Positions 24,601 to 37,200 of a stretch of 64,000 nucleotides of DNA are shown in pieces. The position numbers and the translations under genes are program-made. The notes below the pieces were generated by a model. That model saw nothing but the letters and a program-made list of their open reading frames with translations, had not been told where the DNA came from and searched no databases. Position 1 is the first letter of the stretch, and the number at the start of each line of letters is the position of its first letter. This DNA is from the human T2T-CHM13v2.0 reference genome, Homo sapiens. The DNA is taken from NCBI RefSeq assembly GCF_009914755.1, contig NC_060942.1, one strand, 5' to 3'.

Positions 24601-26788
24601 CACAGAATTGAACATTCCCTTTCACAGAGCAGGTTTGAAACACTCTTTTTGTAGTGTGTGTAAGTGGACATTTGGAGCGCTTTCCGGCCTAAGGTGAACA
24701 AGGAAATATCTTCCCATAAAAACTAGACAGAAGCATTCTCAGAAACTTACTCGTGATGTGTGTCCTCAACTAAAGGAGTAGAACCTTTCTTTTCATAGAG
24801 AAGTTTTGAAACGCTCTTTTTGTGGAATCTGCAAGTGGATATTTGGCTAGTTTGGAGGATTTCGTTGGAAGCGGGAATTCATACAAGATGCAGACTGCAG
24901 CGTTCTGAGAAACATCTTTGTGATGTTTGTATTCAGGACACAGAGTTGAACATTCCCTATCATAGAGCAGGTTTGAATCACTCCTTTTGTAGTATCTGGA
25001 AGTGGACATTTGGAGCGCTTTCAGGCCTATGTTGGAAAAGGAAATATCTTCCCATAACAACTAGACAGAAGCATTCCCAAAAACTTATTTGAGATGTGTG
25101 TACTCAACTATGAGAATTGAACCACCGTTTTGAAGGAGCAGTTTGGAAACACTCTTTTTCTGGAATCTGCAAGTGGATATTTGGCTAGCTTTGGGGATTT
25201 CGCTTGAAGCGGGAATATATATAAAAAGCACACAGCAGCGTTCTGAGAAACTGCTTTCTGATGTTTGCATTCAAGTCAAAAGTTGAACACTCCCTTTCAT
25301 AGAGCAGTCTTGAAACACCCCTTTTGTAGTATCTGGAACTGGACATTTGGAGCGCCTTCAGGGCTAAGGTGAAAAAGGAAATATCTTCCCATAAAAACTG
25401 GACAGAAGCATTCTCAGAAACTTGTTTATGCTGTATCTACTCAACTAACAAAGTTGAACCTTTCTTTTGATAGAGCAGTTTTGAAATGCTCTTTTTGTGG
25501 AATCTGCAAGTGGATATTTGGCTAGTTTTGAGGATTTCGTTGGAAGCGGGAATTCATACAAATTGCAGACTGCAGCGTTCTGAGAAACATCTTTGTGATG
25601 TTTGTATTCAGGACACAGAGTTGAACATTCCCTATCATAGAGCAGGTTTGAAGCACTCCTTTTGTAGTATCTGGAAGTGGACATTTGGAGCGCTTTCAGG
25701 CCTATGTTGAAAAAGGAAAAATCTTCCCATAACAACTAGACAGAAGCATTCTCAGAAACTTGTTGGTGATGTGTTTCCTCTACTGACAGAGTTGAACCTT
25801 TCTTTTCATAGAGCAGTTTCGAAACACTCTTTTTGTAGAATCTGCAAGAGGATATTTGCATAGCTCTGAGGATTTCGTGGGAAACGGGATTGTCTTCAGG
25901 TAAAATCTAGACAGAAGCATTCTCAGAAACTTCTTCGGGATGTTTGCATTCAACTCACAGAGTAGAACATTCCCTTTGGTAGAGCAGGTTTGAAACACTC
26001 TTTTTGTCGTATCTGGAAGTGGACATTTGTTGCGCTTTCAGGCCTATGTTGGAAAGGGAAATATCTTCCCGTAACAACTAGGCAGAAGCATTCTCAGAAA
26101 CTTATTTGAGATGTGTGTACTCAACTAAGAGAATTGAACCACCGTTTTGAAGGAGCAGTTTGGAAACACTCTTTTTCTGGAATCTGCAAGAGGATATTTG
26201 CCTAGCTTTGAGGATTTCGTTGGAAAAGGGATTGTCTTCAGATCAAATCTAGACAGAAGCATTCTCAGAAACTTCTTTGGGATGTTTGCATTCAAGTCAC
26301 AGAGTAGAACATTCCTTTGGTAGAGCAGGTTTGAAACACTCTTTTTTTAGTATATGGAAGTGGACATTTGGAGCGCTTTCAGGCCTACGTTGGAAAAGGA
26401 AATATCTTCCCATAACAACTAGACAGAAGCATTCTCAGAAACTAGTTTCTGATGTGTGTCCTCAACTAACACAGTTGAACATTTCTTTAGACAGAACAGT
26501 TTTGAAACACTCTTTTTGTGGAATCTGCAAGTGGATATTTGGCTAGATTTGAGGATTTCGTTGGAAACGGGATTACATATAAAAAGCAGACAGCAGCATT
26601 CTCAGAAACTTCTTTGTGATGATTGCATTCAAGTCACAGAATTGAACATTCCCTTTCACAGAGCAGGTTTGAAACACTCTTTTTGTAGTGTGTGTAAGTG
26701 GACATTTGGAGCGCTTTCCGGCCTAAGGTGAACAAGGAAATATCTTCCCATAAAAACTAGACAGAAGCATTCTCAGAAACTTACTCGT

Positions 26789-29700
26789 GATGTGTGTCCT
26801 GAACTAAAGGAGTAGAACCTTTCTTTTCATAGAGAAGTTTTGAAACGCTCTTTTTGTGGAATCTGCAAGTGGATATTTGGCTAGTTTGGAGGATTTCGTT
26901 GGAAGCGGGAATTCATACAAGATGCAGACTGCAGCGTTCTGAGAAACATCTTTGTGATGTTTGTATTCAGGACACAGAGTTGAACATTCCCTATCATAGA
27001 GCAGGTTTGAATCACTCCTTTTGTAGTATCTGGAAGTGGACATTTGGAGCGCTTTCAGGCCTATGTTGGAAAAGGAAATATCTTCCCATAACAACTAGAC
27101 AGAAGCATTCCCAGAAACTTATTGGAGATGTGTGTACTCAACTATGAGAATTGAACCACCGTTTTGAAGGAGCAGTTTGGAAACACTCTTTTTCTGGAAT
27201 CTGCAAGTGGATATTTGGCTAGCTTTGGGGATTTCGCTGGAAGCGGGAATACATATAAAAAGCACACAGCAGCGTTCTGAGAAACTGCTTTCTGATGTTT
27301 GCATTCAAGTCAAAAGTTGAACACTCCCTTTCATAGAGCAGTCTTGAAACACCCCTTTTGTAGTATCTGGAACTGGACATTTGGAGCGCCTTCAGGGCTA
27401 AGGTGAAAAAGGAAATATCTTCCCATAAAAACTGGACAGAAGCATTCTCAGAAACTTGTTTATGCTGTATCTATTCAACTAACAAAGTTGAACCTTTCTT
27501 TTGATAGAGCAGTTTTGAAATGCTCTTTTTGTGGAATCTGCAAGTGGATATTTCGCTAGTTTTGAGGATTTCGTTGGAAGCGGGAATTCATACAAATTGC
27601 AGACTGCAGCGTTCTGAGAAACATCTTTGTGATGTTTGTATTCAGGACACAGAGTTGAACATTCCCTATCATAGAGCAGGTTGGGATCACTCCTTTTGTA
27701 GTATCTGGAAGTGGACATTTGGAGCGCTTTCAGGCCTATGTTGAAAAAGGAAAAATCTTCCCATAACAACTAGACAGAAGCATTCTCAGAAACTTGTTGG
27801 TGATGTGTTTCCTCTACTGACAGAGTTGAACCTTTCTTTTCATAGAGCAGTTTCGAAACACTCTTTTTGTAGAATCTGCAAGAGGATATTTGCATAGCTC
27901 TGAGGATTTCGTGGGAAACGGGATTGTCTTCAGGTAAAATCTAGACAGAAGCATTCTCAGAAACTTCTTCGGGATGTTTGCATTCAAGTCACAGAGTAGA
28001 ACATTCCCTTTGGTAGAGCAGGTTTGAAACACTCTTTTTGTAGTATCTGGAAGTGGACATTTGTTGCGCTTTCAGGCCTATGTTGGAAAGGGAAATATCT
28101 TCCCGTAACAACTAGGCAGAAGCATTCTCAGAAACTTATTTGAGATGTGTGTACTCAACTAAGAGAATTGAACCACCGTTTTGAAGGAGCAGTTTGGAAA
28201 CACTCTTTTTCTGGAATCTGCAAGAAGATATTTGCCTAGCTTTGAGGATTTCGTTGGAAAAGGGATTGTCTTCAGATCAAATCTAGACAGAAGCATTCTC
28301 AGAAACTTCTTTGGGATGTTTGCATTCAAGTCACAGAGTAGAACATTCCTTTGGTAGAGCAGGTTTGAAACACTCTTTTTTTAGTATATGGAAGTGGACA
28401 TTTGGAGCGCTTTCAGGCCTACGTTGGAAAAGGAAATATCTTCCCATAACAACTAGACAGAAGCATTCTCAGAAACTAGTTTCTGATGTGTGTCCTCAAC
28501 TAACACAGTTGAACATTTCTTTAGACAGAACAGTTTTGAAACACTCTTTTTGTGGAATCTGCAAGTCGATATTTGGCTAGATTTGAGGATTTCGTTGGAA
28601 ACGGGATTACATATAAAAAGCAGACAGCAGCATTCTCAGAAACTTCTTTGTGATGATTGCATTCAAGTCACAGAATTGAACATTCCCTTTCACAGAGCAG
28701 GTTTGAAACACTCTTTTTGTAGTCTGTGTAAGTGGACATTTGGAGCGCTTTCCGGCCTAAGGTGAACAAGGAAATATCTTCCCATAAAAACTAGACAGAA
28801 GCATTCTCAGAAACTTACTCGTGATGTGTGTCCTCAACTAAAGGAGTAGAACCTTTCTTTTCATAGAGAAGTTTTGAAACGCTCTTTTTGTGGAATCTGC
28901 AAGTGGATATTTGGCTAGTTTGGAGGATTTCGTTGGAAGCGGGAATTCATACAAGATGCAGACTGCAGCGTTCTGAGAAACATCTTTGTGATGTTTGTAT
29001 TCAGGACACAGAGTTGAACATTCCCTATCATAGAGCAGGTTTGAATCACTCCTTTTGTAGTATCTGGAAGTGGACATTTGGAGCGCTTTCAGGCCTATGT
29101 TGGAAAAGGAAATATCTTCCCATAACAACTAGACAGAAGCATTCCCAGAAACTTATTTGAGATGTGTGTACTCAACTAAGAGAATTGAACCACCGTTTTG
29201 AAGGAGCAGTTTGGAAACACTCTTTTTCTGGAATCTGCAAGTGGATATTTGGCTAGCTTTGGGGATTTCGCTGGAAGCGGGAATACATATAAAAAGCACA
29301 CAGCAGCGTTCTGAGAAACTGCTTTCTGATGTTTGCATTCAAGTCAAAAGTTGAACACTCCCTTTCATAGAGCAGTCTTGAAACACCCCTTTTGTAGTAT
29401 CTGGAACTGGAAATTTGGAGCGCTTTCAGGGCTAAGGTGAAAAAGGAAATATCTTCCCATAAAAACTGGACAGAAGCATTCTCAGAAACTTGTTTATGCT
29501 GTATCTACTCAACTAACAAAGTTGAACCTTTCTTTTGATAGAGCAGTTTTGAAATGCTCTTTTTGTGGAATCTGCAAGTGGATATTTGGCTAGTTTGGAG
29601 GATTTCGTTGGAAGCGGGAATTCATACAAATTGCAGACTGCAGCGTTCTGAGAAACATCTTTGTGATGTTTGTATTCAGGACACAGAGTTGAACATTCCC

Positions 29701-32700
29701 TATCATAGAGCAGGTTGGGATCACTCCTTTTGTAGTATCTGGAAGTGGACATTTGGAGCGCTTTCAGGCCTATGTTGAAAAAGGAAAAATCTTCCCATAA
29801 CAACTAGACAGAAGCATTCTCAGAAACTTGTTGGTGATGTGTTTCCTCTACTGACAGAGTTGAACCTTTCTTTTCATAGAGCAGTTTCGAAACACTCTTT
29901 TTGTAGAATCTGCAAGAGGATATTTGCATAGCTCTGAGGATTTCGTGGGAAACGGGATTGTCTTCAGGTAAAATCTAGACAGAAGCATTCTCAGAAACTT
30001 CTTCGGGATGTTTGCATTCAAGTCACAGAGTAGAACATTCCCTTTGGTAGAGCAGGTTTGAAACACTCTTTTTGTAGTATCTGGAAGTGGACATTTGTTG
30101 CGCTTTCAGGCCTATGTTGGAAAGGGAAATATCTTCCCGTAACAACTAGGCAGAAGCATTCTCAGAAACTTATTTGAGATGTGTGTACTCAACTAAGAGA
30201 ATTGAACCACCGTTTTGAAGGAGCAGTTTGGAAACACTCTTTTTCTGGAATCTGCAAGAGGATATTTGCCTAGCTTTGAGGATTTCGTTGGAAAAGGGAT
30301 TGTCTTCAGATCAAATCTAGACAGAAGCATTCTCAGAAACTTCTTTGGGATGTTTGCATTCAAGTCACAGAGTAGAACATTCCTTTGGTAGAGCAGGTTT
30401 GAAACACTCTTTTTTTAGTATATGGAAGTGGACATTTGGAGCGCTTTCAGGCCTACGTTGGAAAAGGAAATATCTTCCCATAACAACTAGACAGAAGCAT
30501 TCTCAGAAACTAGTTTCTGATGTGTGTCCTCAACTAACACAGTTGAACATTTCTTTAGACAGAACAGTTTTGAAACACTCTTTTTGTGGAATCTGCAAGT
30601 GGCTATTTGGCTAGATTTGAGGATTTCGTTGGAAACGGGATTACATATAAAAAGCAGACAGCAGCATTCTCAGAAACTTCTTTGTGATGATTGCATTCAA
30701 GTCACAGAATTGAACATTCCCTTTCACAGAGCAGGTTTGAAACACTCTTTTTGTAGTGTGTGTAAGTGGACATTTGGAACGATTTCCGGCCTAAGGTGAA
30801 CAAGGAAATATCTTCCCATAAAAACTAGACCGAAGCATTCTCAGAAACTTACTCGTGATGAGTGTCCTCAACTAAAAGAGTAGAACCTTTCTTTTCATAG
30901 AGAAGTTTTGAAACGCTCTTTTTGTGGAATCTGCAAGTGGATATTTGGCTGGTTTGGAGGATTTCGTTGGAAGCGGGAATTCATACAAGTTGCAGACTGC
31001 AGCGTTCTGAGAAACATCTTTGTGATGTTTGTATTCAGGACACAGAGTTGAACATTCCCTATCATAGAGCATGTTTGAATCACTCCTTTTGTAGTATCTG
31101 GAAGTGGACATTTGGAGCGCTTTCAGGCCTATGTTGAAAAAGGAAAAATCTTCCCATAACAACTAGACAGAAGCATTCTCAGAAACTTGTTGGTGATGTG
31201 TTTCCTCTACTGACAGAGTTGAACCTTTCTTTTCATAGAGCAGTTTTGAAACACTCTTTTTGTAGAATCTGCAAGAGGATATTTGCATAGCTCTGAGGAT
31301 TTCGTGGGAAACGGGATTGTCTTCAGGTAAAATCTAGACAGAAGCATTCTCAGAAACTTCTTCGGGATGTTTGCATTCAAGTCACAGAGTAGAACATTCC
31401 CTTCGGTAGAGCAGGTTTGAAACACTCTTTTTGTAGTATCTGGAAGTGGACATTTGTTGCGCTTTCAGGCCTATGTTGGAAAGGGAAATATCTTCCCGTA
31501 ACAACTAGGCAGAAGCATTCTCAGAAACTTATTTGAGATGTGTGTACTCAACTAAGAGAATTGAACCACCGTTTTGAAGGAGCAGTTTGGAAACACTCTT
31601 TTTCTGGAATCTGCAAGAGGATATTTGCCTAGCTTTGAGGATTTCGTTGGAAAAGGGATTGTCTTCAGATCAAATCTAGACAGAAGCATTCTCAGAAACT
31701 TCTTTGGGATGTTTGCATTCAAGTCACAGAGTAGAACATTCCTTTGGTAGAGCAGGTTTGAAACACTCTTTTTTTAGTATATGGAAGTGGACATTTGGAG
31801 CGCTTTCAGGCCTACGTTGGAAAAGGAAATATCTTCCCATAACAACTAGACAGAAGCATTCTCAGAAACTAGTTTCTGATGTGTGTCCTCAACTAACACA
31901 GTTGAACATTTCTTTAGAGAGAACAGTTTTGAAACACTCTTTTTGTGGAATCTGCAAGTGGATATTTGGCTAGATTTGAGGATTTCGTTGGAAACGGGAT
32001 TACATATAAAAAGCAGACAGCAGCATTCTCAGAAACTTCTTTGTGATGATTGCATTCAAGTCACAGAATTGAACATTCCCTTTCACAGAGCAGGTTTGAA
32101 ACACTCTTTTTGTAGTGTGTGTAAGTGGACATTTGGAACGCTTTCCGGCCTAAGGTGAACAAGGAAATATCTTCCCATAAAAACTAGACAGAAGCATTCT
32201 CAGAAACTTACTCGTGATGTGTGTCCTCAACTAAAGGAGTAGAACCTTTCTTTTCATAGAGAAGTTTTGAAACGCTCTTTTTGTGGAATCTGCAAGTGGA
32301 TATTTGGCTAGTTTGGAGGATTTCGTTGGAAGCGGGAATTCATACAAGATGCAGACTGCAGCGTTCTGAGAAACATCTTTGTGATGTTTGTATTCAGGAC
32401 ACAGAGTTGAACATTCCCTATCATAGAGCAGGTTTGAATCACTCCTTTTGTAGTATCTGGAAGTGGACATTTGGAGCGCTTTCAGGCCTATGTTGGAAAA
32501 GGAAATATCTTCCCATAACAACTAGACAGAAGCATTCCCAGAAACTTATTTGAGATGTGTGTACTCAACTAAGAGAATTGAACCACCGTTTTGAAGGAGC
32601 AGTTTGGAAACACTCTTTTTCTGGAATCTGCAAGTGGATATTTGGCTAGCTTTGGGGATTTCGCTGGAAGCGGGAATACATATAAAAAGCACACAGCAGC

Positions 32701-34249
32701 GTTCTGAGAAACTGCTTTCTGATGTTTGCATTCAAGTCAAAAGTTGAACACTCCCTTTCATAGAGCAGTCTTGAAACACCCCTTTTGTAGTATCTGGAAC
32801 TGGACATTTGGAGCGCTTTCAGGGCTAAGGTGAAAAAGGAAATATCTTCCCATAAAAACTGGACAGAAGCATTCTCAGAAACTTGTTTATGCTGTATCTA
32901 CTCAACTAACTAAGTTGAACCTTTCTTTTGATAGAGCAGTTTTGAAATGCTCTTTTTGTGGAATCTGCAAGTGGATATTTGGCTAGTTTTGAGGATTTCG
33001 TTGGAAGCGGGAATTCATACAAATTGCAGACTGCAGCGTTCTGAGAAACATCTTTGTGATGTTTGTATTCAGGACACAGAGTTGAACATTCCCTATCATA
33101 GAGCAGGTTGGGATCACTCCTTTTGTGGTATCTGGAAGTGGACATTTGGAGCGCTTTCAGGCCTATGTTGAAAAAGGAAAAATCTTCCCATAACAACTAG
33201 ACAGAAGCATTCTCAGAAACTTGTTGGTGATGTGTTTCCTCTACTGACAGAGTTGAACCTTTCTTTTCATAGAGCAGTTTCGAAACACTCTTTTTGTAGA
33301 ATCTGCAAGAGGATATTTGCATAGCTCTGAGGATTTCGTGGGAAACGGGATTGTCTTCAGGTAAAATCTAGACAGAAGCATTCTCAGAAACTTCTTCGGG
33401 ATGTTTGCATTCAAGTCACAGAGTAGAACATTCCCTTTGGTAGAGCAGGTTTGAAACACTCTTTTTGTAGTATCTGGAAGTGGACATTTGTTGCGCTTTC
33501 AGGCCTATGTTGGAAACGGAAATATCTTCCCGTAACAACTAGGCAGAAGCATTCTCAGAAACTTATTTGAGATGTGTGTACTCAACTAAGAGAATTGAAC
33601 CACCGTTTTGAAGGAGCAGTTTGGAAACACTCTTTTTCTGGAATCTGCAAGAGGATATTTGCCTAGCTTTGAGGATTTCGTTGGAAAAGGGATTGTCTTC
33701 AGATCAAATCTAGACAGAAGCATTCTCAGAAACTTCTTTGGGATGTTTGCATTCAAGTCACAGAGTAGAACATTCCTTTGGTAGAGCAGGTTTGAAACAC
33801 TCTTTTTTTAGTATATGGAAGTGGACATTTGGAGCGCTTTCAGGCCTACGTTGGAAAAGGAAATATCTTCCCATAACAACTAGACAGAAGCATTCTCAGA
33901 AACTAGTTTCTGATGTGTGTCCTCAACTAACACAGTTGAACATTTCTTTAGACAGAACAGTTTTGAAACACTCTTTTTGTGGAATCTGCAAGTGGATATT
34001 TGGCTAGATTTGAGGATTTCGTTGGAAACGGGATTACATATAAAAAGCAGACAGCAGCATTCTCAGAAACTTCTTTGTGATGATTGCATTCAAGTCACAG
34101 AATTGAACATTCCCTTTCACAGAGCAGGTTTGAAACACTCTTTTTGTAGTGTGTGTAAGTGGACATTTGGAGCGCTTTCCGGCCTAAGGTGAACAAGGAA
34201 ATATCTTCCCATAAAAACTAGACAGAAGCATTCTCAGAAACTTACTCGT
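26789..34249 (+). repeat. 7461-bp four-HOR block (12-12-8-12), copy 1
   Basis: Private variants such as 26801 GAACTAAAGG, ~27474 CTATTCAAC, ~27554 TTTCGCTAG, ~28567 AAGTCGAT and ~28724 AGTCTGTG all recur at +7461. Confidence 0.92.
30857..32215 (+). repeat. 8-mer HOR structural variant (1359 bp; 675-bp deletion via m2/m6 hybrid)
   Basis: Unit spacing is 1359. m1 and an m2-type TTTGAATCAC are followed by the m6-type TTGAAAAAGGAAAAATC and then m7. Confidence 0.94.
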
Positions 34250-37200
34250 GATGTGTGTCCTGAACTAAAGGAGTAGAACCTTTCTTTTCATAGAGAAGTT
34301 TTGAAACGCTCTTTTTGTGGAATCTGCAAGTGGATATTTGGCTAGTTTGGAGGATTTCGTTGGAAGCGGGAATTCATACAAGATGCAGACTGCAGCGTTC
34401 TGAGAAACATCTTTGTGATGTTTGTATTCAGGACACAGAGTTGAACATTCCCTATCATAGAGCAGGTTTGAATCACTCCTTTTGTAGTATCTGGAAGTGG
34501 ACATTTGGAGCGCTTTCAGGCCTATGTTGGAAAAGGAAATATCTTCCCATAACAACTAGACAGAAGCATTCCCAGAAACTTATTGGAGATGTGTGTACTC
34601 AACTATGAGAATTGAACCACCGTTTTGAAGGAGCAGTTTGGAAACACTCTTTTTCTGGAATCTGCAAGTGGATATTTGGCTAGCTTTGGGGATTTCGCTG
34701 GAAGCGGGAATACATATAAAAAGCACACAGCAGCGTTCTGAGAAACTGCTTTCTGATGTTTGCATTCAAGTCAAAAGTTGAACACTCCCTTTCATAGAGC
34801 AGTCTTGAAACACCCCTTTTGTAGTATCTGGAACTGGACATTTGGAGCGCCTTCAGGGCTAAGGTGAAAAAGGAAATATCTTCCCATAAAAACTGGACAG
34901 AAGCATTCTCAGAAACTTGTTTATGCTGTATCTATTCAACTAACAAAGTTGAACCTTTCTTTTGATAGAGCAGTTTTGAAATGCTCTTTTTGTGGAATCT
35001 GCAAGTGGATATTTCGCTAGTTTTGAGGATTTCGTTGGAAGCGGGAATTCATACAAATTGCAGACTGCAGCGTTCTGAGAAACATCTTTGTGATGTTTGT
35101 ATTCAGGACACAGAGTTGAACATTCCCTATCATAGAGCAGGTTGGGATCACTCCTTTTGTAGTATCTGGAAGTGGACATTTGGAGCGCTTTCAGGCCTAT
35201 GTTGAAAAAGGAAAAATCTTCCCATAACAACTAGACAGAAGCATTCTCAGAAACTTGTTGGTGATGTGTTTCCTCTACTGACAGAGTTGAACCTTTCTTT
35301 TCATAGAGCAGTTTCGAAACACTCTTTTTGTAGAATCTGCAAGAGGATATTTGCATAGCTCTGAGGATTTCGTGGGAAACGGGATTGTCTTCAGGTAAAA
35401 TCTAGACAGAAGCATTCTCAGAAACTTCTTCGGGATGTTTGCATTCAAGTCACAGAGTAGAACATTCCCTTTGGTAGAGCAGGTTTGAAACACTCTTTTT
35501 GTAGTATCTGGAAGTGGACATTTGTTGCGCTTTCAGGCCTATGTTGGAAAGGGAAATATCTTCCCGTAACAACTAGGCAGAAGCATTCTCAGAAACTTAT
35601 TTGAGATGTGTGTACTCAACTAAGAGAATTGAACCACCGTTTTGAAGGAGCAGTTTGGAAACACTCTTTTTCTGGAATCTGCAAGAAGATATTTGCCTAG
35701 CTTTGAGGATTTCGTTGGAAAAGGGATTGTCTTCAGATCAAATCTAGACAGAAGCATTCTCAGAAACTTCTTTGGGATGTTTGCATTCAAGTCACAGAGT
35801 AGAACATTCCTTTGGTAGAGCAGGTTTGAAACACTCTTTTTTTAGTATATGGAAGTGGACATTTGGAGCGCTTTCAGGCCTACGTTGGAAAAGGAAATAT
35901 CTTCCCATAACAACTAGACAGAAGCATTCTCAGAAACTAGTTTCTGATGTGTGTCCTCAACTAACACAGTTGAACATTTCTTTAGACAGAACAGTTTTGA
36001 AACACTCTTTTTGTGGAATCTGCAAGTCGATATTTGGCTAGATTTGAGGATTTCGTTGGAAACGGGATTACATATAAAAAGCAGACAGCAGCATTCTCAG
36101 AAACTTCTTTGTGATGATTGCATTCAAGTCACAGAATTGAACATTCCCTTTCACAGAGCAGGTTTGAAACACTCTTTTTGTAGTCTGTGTAAGTGGACAT
36201 TTGGAGCGCTTTCCGGCCTAAGGTGAACAAGGAAATATCTTCCCATAAAAACTAGACAGAAGCATTCTCAGAAACTTACTCGTGATGTGTGTCCTCAACT
36301 AAAGGAGTAGAACCTTTCTTTTCATAGAGAAGTTTTGAAACGCTCTTTTTGTGGAATCTGCAAGTGGATATTTGGCTAGTTTGGAGGATTTCGTTGGAAG
36401 CGGGAATTCATACAAGATGCAGACTGCAGCGTTCTGAGAAACATCTTTGTGATGTTTGTATTCAGGACACAGAGTTGAACATTCCCTATCATAGAGCAGG
36501 TTTGAATCACTCCTTTTGTAGTATCTGGAAGTGGACATTTGGAGCGCTTTCAGGCCTATGTTGGAAAAGGAAATATCTTCCCATAACAACTAGACAGAAG
36601 CATTCCCAGAAACTTATTTGAGATGTGTGTACTCAACTAAGAGAATTGAACCACCGTTTTGAAGGAGCAGTTTGGAAACACTCTTTTTCTGGAATCTGCA
36701 AGTGGATATTTGGCTAGCTTTGGGGATTTCGCTGGAAGCGGGAATACATATAAAAAGCACACAGCAGCGTTCTGAGAAACTGCTTTCTGATGTTTGCATT
36801 CAAGTCAAAAGTTGAACACTCCCTTTCATAGAGCAGTCTTGAAACACCCCTTTTGTAGTATCTGGAACTGGAAATTTGGAGCGCTTTCAGGGCTAAGGTG
36901 AAAAAGGAAATATCTTCCCATAAAAACTGGACAGAAGCATTCTCAGAAACTTGTTTATGCTGTATCTACTCAACTAACAAAGTTGAACCTTTCTTTTGAT
37001 AGAGCAGTTTTGAAATGCTCTTTTTGTGGAATCTGCAAGTGGATATTTGGCTAGTTTGGAGGATTTCGTTGGAAGCGGGAATTCATACAAATTGCAGACT
37101 GCAGCGTTCTGAGAAACATCTTTGTGATGTTTGTATTCAGGACACAGAGTTGAACATTCCCTATCATAGAGCAGGTTGGGATCACTCCTTTTGTAGTATC

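Noticed and set aside
30857-32215. 8-mer variant as a novel HOR type
   Set aside because: Shorter structural variants of alpha-satellite HORs are well known, and a ~1.36 kb unit has long been associated with chr18 alphoid DNA. Only its junction SNP cluster is reported as a finding.
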